From assembly GCA_046485285.1 (NCBI GenBank), contig JAWOHE010000041.1, positions 1-29,026 on the forward strand: DNA of 29,026 bases, given 5' to 3'. Both the position numbers and the translations under genes were made by a program. Source of the DNA: a bacterium (GTDB taxonomy: Bacteria; Hydrothermota; Tepidihabitantia; Tepidihabitantales; Tepidihabitantaceae). This document shows positions 16,152-24,243 of the stretch, piece by piece. Every line of letters begins with the position of its first letter. The stretch's first letter is position 1. Below the pieces are notes generated by a model. That model did no database searches. It saw only the letters and a program-made list of their open reading frames with translations, and was not told the DNA's origin.

Positions 16152-17290
16152 CGTTCCTCCTTTGTCCGTGGAGTCACCAACGATTCTGCAGTCTCCTGAG
16201 ATACCCCGGCCGGTTGCGGCGAATTCCCCGCCCGGGCGATGATGCCCCCGCCGAGCACGGTCTCGCCGTGATAGCAGACCGCGGCCTGGCCCGGGGCGAC
16301 CGCCCACTGCGGTTCCTCGAACTCCACCAGCGCCCGGGCCTCCTCGACCCGCACCCGGGCCCTGCCGCCCTCAGCAAGGTTGCGGATGCGAACCAGCGCC
16401 TCGAACTCCCCGGCCGGCGGGCGTCCGGAAACCCAGCTGAGCTGTTCGAGCTCGGCCGTTACGGCGCGGGCGGCCCGGGCCGGCCCGACCACGACCGTCG
16501 CGGTCGCCGGTTCGAGCCGGACCACGTAGTAGCGCTCGCCGAGCGGTATTCCCAGCCCCTTGCGCTGGCCGACGGTGAAGTTCGCGATGCCCTGGTGCCG
16601 GCCGAGCTCCCGGCCGTCGAGGTCAACCACCGGCCCGGCGCGGAAGAGCTCCGGGCAGCGCGCGCGCAGGAACGCCGGGTAGTCGTCGCCGGGCACGAAG
16701 CAGATTTCCTGGCTGTCCGGCTTGTCCGCCACCGCCAGCCCGAGCTCGCGGGCCCGGCCGCGGACCTCGTCCTTGGTAAGGCCACTGAGCGGCAGGAGCG
16801 TCCGTCCGAGCTGCCCCTGGGTGAACCGGTACAGGAAGTAGCTCTGGTCGCGCTGCCGGTCCCGCGCCCGGCGCAGCTCCAGGTCGGCGCCGGCCCGGAC
16901 GATGCGGGCGTAGTGGCCGGTCGCCAGCCGCTCCGCGCCCAGCTCCGCCAGCCGGCCGAGCAGGTGTCCGAACTTGAGGATGTCATTGCAGCGGATGCAG
17001 GGATTGGGAGTCCGTCCCCGGGCGTATTCGGTGCGGAAGTCCTCGATGACCTCGCGCTCGAGCGCGTCCCGGAAGTCGAGCGGGTAGTGGGGAATCCCGA
17101 GCCGTGCGCAGACCCGGCGGGCGTCGTCAACCGCCCGGACGCCGCAACAGCCCCGCGCGCCGGCCGGCCCCGGGTCCTCGTCGGTCAGCCGCATCGTCAC
17201 GCCGATGACTTCGTGCCCCTCGTCGCGCAGGAGCGCGGCCGCGACCGACGAATCCACCCCGCCGCTCATCGCCACCGCCACGCGCATCAT
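16148..17290 (-). CDS. mnmA: tRNA 2-thiouridine(34) synthase MnmA
   Basis: AMSGGVDSSVAA PP-loop, GCC, GRTPNPCIRCN..KFG, ATGHYAR, DQSYFL, KPDSQEICF, TVGQRKGLG, APGQAAV; start 17290 (17287 or 17299 also possible). Confidence 0.96.
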   Translation of the reverse strand: MMRVAVAMSGGVDSSVAAALLRDEGHEVIGVTMRLTDEDPGPAGARGCCGVRAVDDARRVCARLGIPHYPLDFRDALEREVIEDFRTEYARGRTPNPCIRCNDILKFGHLLGRLAELGAERLATGHYARIVRAGADLELRRARDRQRDQSYFLYRFTQGQLGRTLLPLSGLTKDEVRGRARELGLAVADKPDSQEICFVPGDDYPAFLRARCPELFRAGPVVDLDGRELGRHQGIANFTVGQRKGLGIPLGERYYVVRLEPATATVVVGPARAARAVTAELEQLSWVSGRPPAGEFEALVRIRNLAEGGRARVRVEEARALVEFEEPQWAVAPGQAAVCYHGETVLGGGIIARAGNSPQPAGVSQETAESLVTPRTKEER

Positions 17291-17351
17291 CTCGGGCAAC
17301 TTGGAGCTTCAGGCGGGCGAAGACAGGTGGCTCATCCCGGCGTCTCCGGGT

Positions 17352-17663
17352 TCACGGCTCCTCCGTGCGGTCGCCCTCGGCCCGGAACTCCTCGACCAGC
17401 ACCCGCCAGAGCGCGACGTGGACCTCGCCCGGGACCTCCGGGCTGCCCTCGACCCGGCAGGTCTCGACCACCCGGCGCATCGACCAGAGCAGCCGCGCAC
17501 AGCGGTCGCATACAGCCGCGTGGGCGGCCAGCGCCTGGCGCATCTCGACCGTCTCCCCGTCGTCCAGGTACTCGCTGATGAGCTCGATGAGCTCCGAACA
17601 CTCCCGGCACTCGGTGATAGGTTGTTCCGGCCCGTCGGCCCGATTCGCATCGCGCTCGCTCAT
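17352..17663 (-). CDS. soluble zinc-binding anti-sigma factor (zf-HC2/ZAS)
   Basis: C..L..LISEYLD...HAAVCDRC (HxxxCxxC); ATGA coupling to the sigma factor; no TM helix. Confidence 0.88.
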   Translation of the reverse strand: MSERDANRADGPEQPITECRECSELIELISEYLDDGETVEMRQALAAHAAVCDRCARLLWSMRRVVETCRVEGSPEVPGEVHVALWRVLVEEFRAEGDRTEEP

Positions 17664-18289
17664 ATGTAGTTCTCCAGCTTGCCCCTCAGCACCATCCGGC
17701 CGCGGTGAAGCCGGGACTTCACCGCCGCGACCGTCAGGTTGAGCACCTTGCTGACTTCCTCGTTACTCAGTCCTTCAAGGTCGCGCAGGACCACGACCGT
17801 CCGGTAGTCCTCGGGCAATTCGTCGACCGCCTCCTGCAGGCGGCGCTGCATCTCGCGGCGTCGGAAGAGCAGTTCCGGGCTGAACTGGTCGTCCGGAATC
17901 TCGAACGTCATATCCTCCGACTCGCCGACCGGCTGGTCGATTGACATCACGACCGGGGACTTGCGCCGCCTCAGCTTCGTTAGACTGACGTTGGTCGCAA
18001 TGCGATACAGCCAGGTGAAGAACTGCGACTTGAACTCGAACTTGCCCAGGAACCGGTAGGCGCGCAGGAAAGTGTCCTGGAGCGCCTCGCTCGCGTCCTC
18101 GGGATTGCCTAGCATCCGGTAGACGATGTTGTAGACCTTGCGCTCGTAGCGCCGGACCAGTTCCTCGAACGCCTCGACCCTGCCCGCCTGGGCCCGGCGT
18201 ACGAGCTCGTCGTCCGTGACCGGCAGTGCCGGCGGGACGACCTGGAGTTGTCCGCCCGCAATCGGCACCCGGTTGTCGGAATCGGCCAT
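17660..18289 (-). CDS. ECF RNA polymerase sigma-70 factor
   Basis: AFEELVRRY, DA.EALQDTFLRAY, FFTWLYRIATN, LP..YR.VVVLRDLEGLS.EEV, VKSRLHRGR. Confidence 0.95.
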   Translation of the reverse strand: MADSDNRVPIAGGQLQVVPPALPVTDDELVRRAQAGRVEAFEELVRRYERKVYNIVYRMLGNPEDASEALQDTFLRAYRFLGKFEFKSQFFTWLYRIATNVSLTKLRRRKSPVVMSIDQPVGESEDMTFEIPDDQFSPELLFRRREMQRRLQEAVDELPEDYRTVVVLRDLEGLSNEEVSKVLNLTVAAVKSRLHRGRMVLRGKLENYI

Positions 18290-18295
18290 CTGCCT

Positions 18296-18323
18296 AAGAT
18301 ACGGCTCGGCCGCGGCTAGTCAA
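18296..18323 (-). promoter_or_regulatory. sigma70-like leaderless promoter of the ECF sigma gene
   Basis: TTGACT-N16-TATCTT-N6-ATG(18289); the -35 overlaps the rseC stop codon. Confidence 0.65.
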
Positions 18324-18768
18324 TCCCGGGCCGTGCCGCGCATTCCGGCCGGGCCTCGTCCGGACCCAGCCGGCGGACAATGACCGGCAGACCGCGGCCA
18401 GTGGCCCGCCTGTGGTGGTCGATGAGCTTGAGCGCGCCGACCGCCAGCCCGAGCCCGACCCCGGCCAGCACCGCCGCGCCGGCATCGCCCCACAGGACCG
18501 TGCCGGCCAGTACGCCGAGCGCCATCGCCCCGGCGAGGAGCCCGAACACGAGCCCGGAGGAAACCACCCGCCCGGCGCTGTCCGTCTCGACGACGACCGC
18601 GTCCCCGGCCCGGGCATCCGCGTCGTTGCGGGCGAGCACGAGCCGGCTGCGCCGTCCGGTCCAGCTGCAGAAACCGGCCGCCCCGCACTTGGCGCAGGCG
18701 GTCCCGGCGTCGATCTCGACGTCGGCCCGGCCGTCGCGGACCGCGACGACCCTACCCGGCTCTTCCAT
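18316..18768 (-). CDS. rseC: RseC/MucC (SoxR-reducing system) family protein
   Basis: MEEPGRVV, ACAKCGAAGFC, ARN...ARAGD.V.V, two C-terminal TM helices. Confidence 0.85.
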   Translation of the reverse strand: MEEPGRVVAVRDGRADVEIDAGTACAKCGAAGFCSWTGRRSRLVLARNDADARAGDAVVVETDSAGRVVSSGLVFGLLAGAMALGVLAGTVLWGDAGAAVLAGVGLGLAVGALKLIDHHRRATGRGLPVIVRRLGPDEARPECAARPGID

Positions 18769-19132
18769 CGGACCTGTCGCCCGGCGCTACGCGCCGGGAG
18801 TCCGTTCCGGATTCCTGATGGAGCACTCCCTCTTGCCGCGCCGCTGGCGCGGCTTCCCGGCGCCCGGCGGCCGCCGGGCGCTTTTTGCGTCGCCGCCTGA
18901 ACTGCTGGAACCGCATATGGCCGTAGAGGACCCCGCCGCTGATGGCGAGGAACGCGAGTCCGGACGCGACCGTGATACCGAGCCAGCGCCCGACAATGCG
19001 CCAGTTGTGCAGTCCGAAGACCGTGGGGTTGAAGTACCCGGAGACTGTCAGTAGTCCGGCAATGCCGGTCACGAGCAGGAACGGCGCGAGGATCGCGCCC
19101 AGGATCAGGTGGAACTTGCGCAGGAAGTTCAC
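18752..19132 (-). CDS. small membrane protein (PepSY-TM-like N-terminus) with a repeat-derived tail
   Basis: GGAGG RBS and GTG start; LRKFHLILG...LLVTG, LH.W, SGGVLY; the last ~43 aa are encoded by the repeat at 18780-18881 and its flank. Confidence 0.7.
   Translation of the reverse strand: MNFLRKFHLILGAILAPFLLVTGIAGLLTVSGYFNPTVFGLHNWRIVGRWLGITVASGLAFLAISGGVLYGHMRFQQFRRRRKKRPAAAGRREAAPAARQEGVLHQESGTDSRRVAPGDRSDGRAG
18780..18881 (+). repeat. multi-hairpin dispersed repeat, copy A
   Basis: 31/32 nt identical to 24023-24054, with further shared stems downstream. Confidence 0.85.
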
Positions 19133-19144
19133 TTGCGCCTCCGT

Positions 19145-19708
19145 TCAGGTTTCGCCTTGCCAGCGGTCGATGAATGTCATCTTGTCGAAGGGCAGTCTCT
19201 CCGGCCGCTGGCGTTCCCAGCCCAGCTGCTGCTCCGAGAGCACCGGGCTCGGCGTGTCGGCGTGCCGCCCGACCAGCACCAGCGTCGCGACCGCCATCCG
19301 GCCCGGGATGCCGAGTACCGCGCGGACCTTGTCCGGGCTGTAGCCGGCGATTGGGTGCGCGACCAGCCCAAGTTCGGTCGCCCGCAGGACGAGGAAGGCG
19401 GTCGCCAGCCCGCAGTCGAAGAGGTAGTACTCGCGCTCCCGGATGACGCAGTCCGCCTCCTTCTCGGCGCAGACCGCGACGACCAGCGACGCCGCGTGAC
19501 ACCAGGCATTGCCCCGGCTGAAGACCGGCTTCATTGCCTCGAGCCGGGCCGGGTCGCGCGCGAACACGAACCGCACCGGCTGGTTGTTGAAACAGCTCGG
19601 CGCGAGCCGGGCCGCCCGGGCGAGGTCGCCCACCAGCTCGTCGGTTACCTCGACCGGCGCGAGCGACCGGTAGGCCCGGCGCCGCTCGATTGCCTCTTTC
19701 ACGTCCAT
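19145..19708 (-). CDS. nitroreductase family protein
   Basis: AIERRRAYRS, ARLAPSCFNNQP.RF, DCGLA...L.LRATELGL.AHPIAG, RPERLP. Confidence 0.93.
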   Translation of the reverse strand: MDVKEAIERRRAYRSLAPVEVTDELVGDLARAARLAPSCFNNQPVRFVFARDPARLEAMKPVFSRGNAWCHAASLVVAVCAEKEADCVIREREYYLFDCGLATAFLVLRATELGLVAHPIAGYSPDKVRAVLGIPGRMAVATLVLVGRHADTPSPVLSEQQLGWERQRPERLPFDKMTFIDRWQGET

Positions 19709-19731
19709 CCCGTCACCTCCAGGACCGCCGG

Positions 19732-20322
19732 TCAGAAGCCGGTCACCTCGCCGCCGGGGATTTCGCGGCGCCGGCCCGAGTTGACGTCGAAGCTCACCTC
19801 GGGCTCGATGGCCGCGTTCTCGGTGTAGCCGCGCTGTTCCCAGAACCCGGCGACGACCCGGTCGTTGAACGTCATCCGTACCAGGCCCTTGATGCTCTTG
19901 TAGCCCCAGAGCTGGGGCACGAACAGCCGCACCGGCCCGCCGTACTCGGGCTCGAGCTCCTCGCCGCCGACCGCGTAGCAGATGAGAACCTTCTCGTTCC
20001 GCAGTTCCGGGAGCGGCACGCTCGTCGTGTATCCGCCGTGGCTCGTGAACAGCACGTCGGTCGCCTGCGGCTGCGGCCGGACCAGCGCGAGGAAATCGCC
20101 GAACCGCGCGCCCTGCCAGTCCGCCCGGACGGTCCAGCCGCTCACCGAGGTCAGCCGGGCGTTGACCGTCGCCATCGGCAGGGCCAGGACGTCCGCGAAA
20201 CTGAGGCTGCGCGGCTCAGCGACCAGCCCGCCGACCTCGAGCCGCCAGTTCTCCCTGGTCAGTCCGCGCGGCACGCCCTCGGCGTAGAACACCGGCGTGC
20301 CCAGCCGTTTGAGGACGCTCAT
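19732..20322 (-). CDS. sulfite oxidase-family molybdopterin-binding protein (Cys-to-Ser variant)
   Basis: WRLEVGGLV..P, TSVSGW, WQG.RF, GYTTSVPL, L.PEYGGPVRL.VP.LWGYKSIK, GFWEQRGY; ATGA coupling. Confidence 0.88.
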   Translation of the reverse strand: MSVLKRLGTPVFYAEGVPRGLTRENWRLEVGGLVAEPRSLSFADVLALPMATVNARLTSVSGWTVRADWQGARFGDFLALVRPQPQATDVLFTSHGGYTTSVPLPELRNEKVLICYAVGGEELEPEYGGPVRLFVPQLWGYKSIKGLVRMTFNDRVVAGFWEQRGYTENAAIEPEVSFDVNSGRRREIPGGEVTGF

Positions 20323-21287
20323 CGCTTGCGGCAGCAGACGTAGATGTCCGCCTCGATCATCCGGATCGGGTCGGTGCCGGTGAAGTAGTGGTGCACGAAG
20401 TACAGGTTGTCCTCCCGGTCCAGCGTCGGCTCGCCCGCGAACTGCGAGAGGATCAGCTCCGGCGGCCCCCACGCGCCGGTCGTGTCCAGCAGGGAGCGCC
20501 AGACCGAAGGACCGGGCGTCGCCTGTCCTTCGTAGTTCGCCCTCGTGAACCAGAGCTGGGCGCCGTCCTCGGACAGGAACGGCCAGCCCTCGTCCGCCGC
20601 GGTGTTGATGACCGGGCCGAGGTTCTGCGGCGGGTCCCAGCCGTCCGGGTTGCGGGAGAGAGACCAGAGGTCGAGCCTGCCGTGGCCACCCCTGCTCGCT
20701 TCCCGGTGGCAGAACACTGTCCGCCCATCGGCCGAGACATGCATCTCGCCAATGGCGTACTCCCGGTTCAGTTGCGGGCCGGCGTTCCGGACGTCGGTCC
20801 ACCGGCCGTCACGCAGGACCGCGGTGTAGTAATCGAGCTCCCGGTAGTTGCCGGCCCGGGCTGATGCGAACCACATCGTATCGCCCAGGATGAAGTGGGC
20901 TCCGTCGAGCGCGAGGTCGTTTGAGAGCAGCACCCTCTCCGGCTCGGTCCACTCGTCGCCCACCCGCCGCGACCAGTAGATGCCGGTCGCGCCATCAAGG
21001 AGCTGCTCCCCGGCCGGCACCCGGACGTCGGGCGTGAACCAGCAGAAAAACCACTCGCCGTCCGGGGTGATGAACGGCGAGTCCTCCGCCCCGGCGGTGT
21101 TGATCGGGCCGGGCATCGGTACCGGCGACTCCCACTCGTCGGAGTGCAGTATCGGCGGCCAGCTGTCCATCGCCGGGGTCATCTTGACCGCGCCGGCCGG
21201 GATCGCGTCCTCGCGCGGCACCAGGATCGGTGGCTCGTCACAGCCGATGAGCGCAACGAACGCCAACGCGACCGCTGCCAGTCGCAC
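20319..21287 (-). CDS. lipoprotein with WD40-like/PD40 beta-propeller repeats
   Basis: Lipobox LIGC; INTAGAEDSPFITPDG, NLGPVINTAADEGWPFLSEDG. Confidence 0.85.
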   Translation of the reverse strand: MRLAAVALAFVALIGCDEPPILVPREDAIPAGAVKMTPAMDSWPPILHSDEWESPVPMPGPINTAGAEDSPFITPDGEWFFCWFTPDVRVPAGEQLLDGATGIYWSRRVGDEWTEPERVLLSNDLALDGAHFILGDTMWFASARAGNYRELDYYTAVLRDGRWTDVRNAGPQLNREYAIGEMHVSADGRTVFCHREASRGGHGRLDLWSLSRNPDGWDPPQNLGPVINTAADEGWPFLSEDGAQLWFTRANYEGQATPGPSVWRSLLDTTGAWGPPELILSQFAGEPTLDREDNLYFVHHYFTGTDPIRMIEADIYVCCRKR

Positions 21288-21296
21288 CGCGGACCC

Positions 21297-22589
21297 CTAA
21301 CCGCGCGTCGCGAAGTTGACGCCGTCGAGCAGCAACGCCGGGAACCGGCCCATGTAGCCGGTCTCGAGCCGGTTGCCGACCGCGACGACGCGCTTGAGGT
21401 CCTCGTAGACGTTGCCCGCGACCATCGCGTCCTTGACCCGGCCCGCAATCTCGCCGTTCTCGACCCACAGCCCGGGCGACAGCCCGATCGAGTAGTCGCC
21501 GTTCAGGATGTTGCCCGAGTGCGCGCCCATCGCGCCGGCGACGACTACGCCCCGGCCCATCTCTTTGAGCAAGGCCGCGAGCGCATGCCGGCCGGGCTCG
21601 ATGCGCAGGTGCTCGAGCCCGGGCGAGGGCCGCGCGGTGATGTCCGGGCGCCAGCCGTTTCCGGTCGGCTCGGTCCCGAGCTTCCAGGCGTAGTACCGGT
21701 CGGTGTGGAAGCCGCGCAGGACGCCCCGCTCGAACACCGCCCGGTTCCGGCACGGCGTGCCCTCGTCGTCAAAGGCCCGCGCGCCCGGCAGCCGGTCGTC
21801 GAGCGGCGCATCGGTGAAGGTCAGCATCGGGCTCAGGACCTGCTCCCCGACCTTGTCCCGCAGCGGCGATACCTTCTGGTGGACGGTAACCCCGGTCGTC
21901 GCCGCCTTGAGCCGCCAGGCCAGCGCGAAGACGCTCGGCGGCAGGAACAGCACCCGGCTCGGCCCGGAAGTCGCCCTGACCTCCTCCTCCCCGGCATTGT
22001 AGGTCTCGACGACGTAGTCGAGGTCGCCGTCGCCGACCGGCACGAAGGCCTTGCCCTCTACCTGCCGCCATATCGAGGCGTGCGAGCCCGGGTAGTGCGC
22101 CGCGCAGTAACCGACATACGAGGACGACCGGACCGTCGCGTCCAGACCCGCGCTCGTGAGCAGGCGCACGGAGGTGACGCTCCTGCCGGCCGCGACATGG
22201 ATCTCTCCCCGGGTCCGCGACGTGAGCACCCCGGCCAGCCGGTTGCACTCCCCGACGAGGTCGGCGCTGGTCAGCCGCTCGATGCCGGCATCGTAGCTGT
22301 TGAGTTCGGGCAGGTTCGCCGCCGGCGCGAGTTGGTAGTCGGCCTCGACCCCGCCGGCCAGCGCGGCGAGCGCATTGTCGACCAGCCCATCGCGGTCGGC
22401 GAGGTTTCGGGTGTACGCCGTTCCCAGCCGGCCCGACTTCATTACCGTCAGCCCGACGCCGGACAGCATCGAACTCTGGATGTTCTTGAGCCGGCCGTTC
22501 TCGAAGCTCACCGCGTCCGCGGCAGTCGACGTCGAGAAAACCTCGGCCTGGTAGGCCTTGCGGCGGGCGATCTCCAGGAGTTTGTCCAT
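21297..22589 (-). CDS. pmbA: TldE/PmbA family protein
   Basis: TAATG coupling to tldD; FDDEGTP, G.LRGF, GNG.R, HSGNILNGDYS, VENGEI.G.VK..MVAGN; no HExxH. Confidence 0.9.
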   Translation of the reverse strand: MDKLLEIARRKAYQAEVFSTSTAADAVSFENGRLKNIQSSMLSGVGLTVMKSGRLGTAYTRNLADRDGLVDNALAALAGGVEADYQLAPAANLPELNSYDAGIERLTSADLVGECNRLAGVLTSRTRGEIHVAAGRSVTSVRLLTSAGLDATVRSSSYVGYCAAHYPGSHASIWRQVEGKAFVPVGDGDLDYVVETYNAGEEEVRATSGPSRVLFLPPSVFALAWRLKAATTGVTVHQKVSPLRDKVGEQVLSPMLTFTDAPLDDRLPGARAFDDEGTPCRNRAVFERGVLRGFHTDRYYAWKLGTEPTGNGWRPDITARPSPGLEHLRIEPGRHALAALLKEMGRGVVVAGAMGAHSGNILNGDYSIGLSPGLWVENGEIAGRVKDAMVAGNVYEDLKRVVAVGNRLETGYMGRFPALLLDGVNFATRG

Positions 22590-23953
22590 TACCTGCCTCC
22601 GATGACGACGTTCTCGACCAGCACGTGGGGCGCGCCATGGCAGGACCGGACGTTGGTCTGGCCCTTGCCGCATCCGCCGATCTCGCCGAGCGTAACGTCG
22701 CCGGCGATGCCGGCGATGCTCCTAAGTGTGCTGTAGAGGTTGCCCGAGATATTGATGTCGCGCAGCATCTTCCCCCTGCGGCCACCCCTGACCTCGAAGC
22801 CATACTGGGCGCCGAAGGTGAAGTTCTCGCCCGAGGTCTGGCCGCCCATCGGGTTGAGCAGGTAGACCCCGTCGCCGAGCCGCTCGAGCAGCGACTCGGG
22901 CGTGTCCGCGCCCGGCTCGATGAAGATCGAGCCCATCCGGATGATCGGCGCGTAGCGGTAGTCCTCGGCGACGCAGTGCCCGGTCAGCGGCTCGCCGAAC
23001 GCGGCCGCGGTCCGGCGCGAGTGCAGCCGGCCGACCAGCACGCCGTTCTTCATCAACTGCGTCGGCCGCGCCTCGACGCCCTCGTCGTCGTAGCGGTACC
23101 GGCCGAGCTGATGCGGCACCGTCGGGTCGTCCTTGATTGACAGCACCCCGGTCCCGAGCTCCGCCCCGAGCCGCATCTTCTCCCGCATCGCCGGCGCGTC
23201 CTCGATGATGTCGGCCTCGGAGAAATGCCCGAACGCCTCGTGGGTGAACACGCCCGCCAGCCGGCCGTCGAGCACCGTCCGGTAGGTCCCGCCCTTGACC
23301 GGCTCGGCGCCGAGCAGGTCGACCGCCAGTTGCCGCCGCTCCTCGACCAGCGCCTCGCGGCCCCGGAGCCGCCCCATCCCGTCACTGCCGCCCATCCCGA
23401 CCCGGACCGACTGGGTCAGCGCGCCCTCGCGGGTGGTGATGCTCCCCGAAATCCGTACCGTCACGAGCTCCTCGCTGACGCGGCTTCCCTCGGTGCTGGC
23501 GAAGTGCTTCTCCCGGATGAGGTCCGAGTAGCCCAGGCTCGTCGTCGCCACCTTCTGGTGGTCGAGGGCGATGTCGTTGTACTTCCTCAGCAGCCCGAGC
23601 TTCTCCTCGACGCCCAGCTTCCGCGGGTCCTCGTCCAGCTCCGGCCGGAAATCGTCCCGCACGACCTCGGTCTTTGCCAGCCGGACCGGCTCCTTCACCG
23701 CCCGGCCAATCAGCACGGCGTTGGCGGCCGCGGTCGCGAACGCCCGGTCGGCATCCTCGGCCCGGGTGAATGCGACGGTCGCGAACCCGCCGCTCTTCAA
23801 CACCCGGGCGACGTAGCCGTCGGCCGAGCTCGCCGAGAGCGCGGTCAGCTCCCGGCCGTTATAGCCGATGCTGGTCTCGCGCTTGACCTCGTAGCGGATG
23901 TCCGCGTACTCCGCGTCCGCCCGGGCCAGCATCTTCTCAAGCTTGTCAAACAT
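22589..23953 (-). CDS. tldD: TldD metalloprotease subunit
   Basis: AAGGAG RBS; GVFTHEAFGHFSEAD, YDDEGV, PIIRM, GGQT.G.NFTF, GCGKGQ..V....G.PH. Confidence 0.93.
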   Translation of the reverse strand: MFDKLEKMLARADAEYADIRYEVKRETSIGYNGRELTALSASSADGYVARVLKSGGFATVAFTRAEDADRAFATAAANAVLIGRAVKEPVRLAKTEVVRDDFRPELDEDPRKLGVEEKLGLLRKYNDIALDHQKVATTSLGYSDLIREKHFASTEGSRVSEELVTVRISGSITTREGALTQSVRVGMGGSDGMGRLRGREALVEERRQLAVDLLGAEPVKGGTYRTVLDGRLAGVFTHEAFGHFSEADIIEDAPAMREKMRLGAELGTGVLSIKDDPTVPHQLGRYRYDDEGVEARPTQLMKNGVLVGRLHSRRTAAAFGEPLTGHCVAEDYRYAPIIRMGSIFIEPGADTPESLLERLGDGVYLLNPMGGQTSGENFTFGAQYGFEVRGGRRGKMLRDINISGNLYSTLRSIAGIAGDVTLGEIGGCGKGQTNVRSCHGAPHVLVENVVIGGR

Positions 23954-23989
23954 CAAGACTCCTTGGTTTCTTCCGGCACTGCACGACTC

Positions 23990-24018
23990 ACCTTAAGCCG
24001 GATTGGGCGCGATGTCAA
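23990..24018 (-). promoter_or_regulatory. sigma70-like promoter of the tldD operon
   Basis: TTGACA-N17-TAAGGT. Confidence 0.65.
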
Positions 24019-24020
24019 AG

Positions 24021-24138
24021 CTCCCGGCGCAACGCGCCGGGAGTCCGTTCCGGAATCCGGAAGTGACTTCTCATCTGCTCCGCGCCGAAGGCGTGGCTTC
24101 CCGGCGGCCAGGCCGCCGGGCGCAACGCGCCAGGAGTC
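24021..24138 (+). repeat. multi-hairpin dispersed repeat, copy B, plus the start of a further unit
   Basis: CTCCCGGCGC-AAC-GCGCCGGGAG hairpin; homologous to 18780-18881; GGCGCAACGCGCCAGGAGTC recurs at 24119-24138. Confidence 0.85.
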
Positions 24139-24243
24139 GGGAGAAACGCGAGGACACGGCGCACGGATTCAGCATCAGAATTCAAAGACGGAGAACCGCT
24201 GTATCCGGATCCACATACCCTGTCCTTCCTGGTGCCCTCGTGG

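Noticed and set aside
13053..16199. 1048 aa + strand ORF and other long antisense ORFs (e.g. 10076-12283, 7589-9133, 21144-22736)
   Set aside because: Shadow frames of real genes in high-GC DNA; Arg/Pro/Ala-rich with no recognisable motifs.
21297..23953. TldD/PmbA as part of a RiPP cluster
   Set aside because: No YcaO, precursor peptide or transporter nearby; this looks like the ordinary housekeeping pair.
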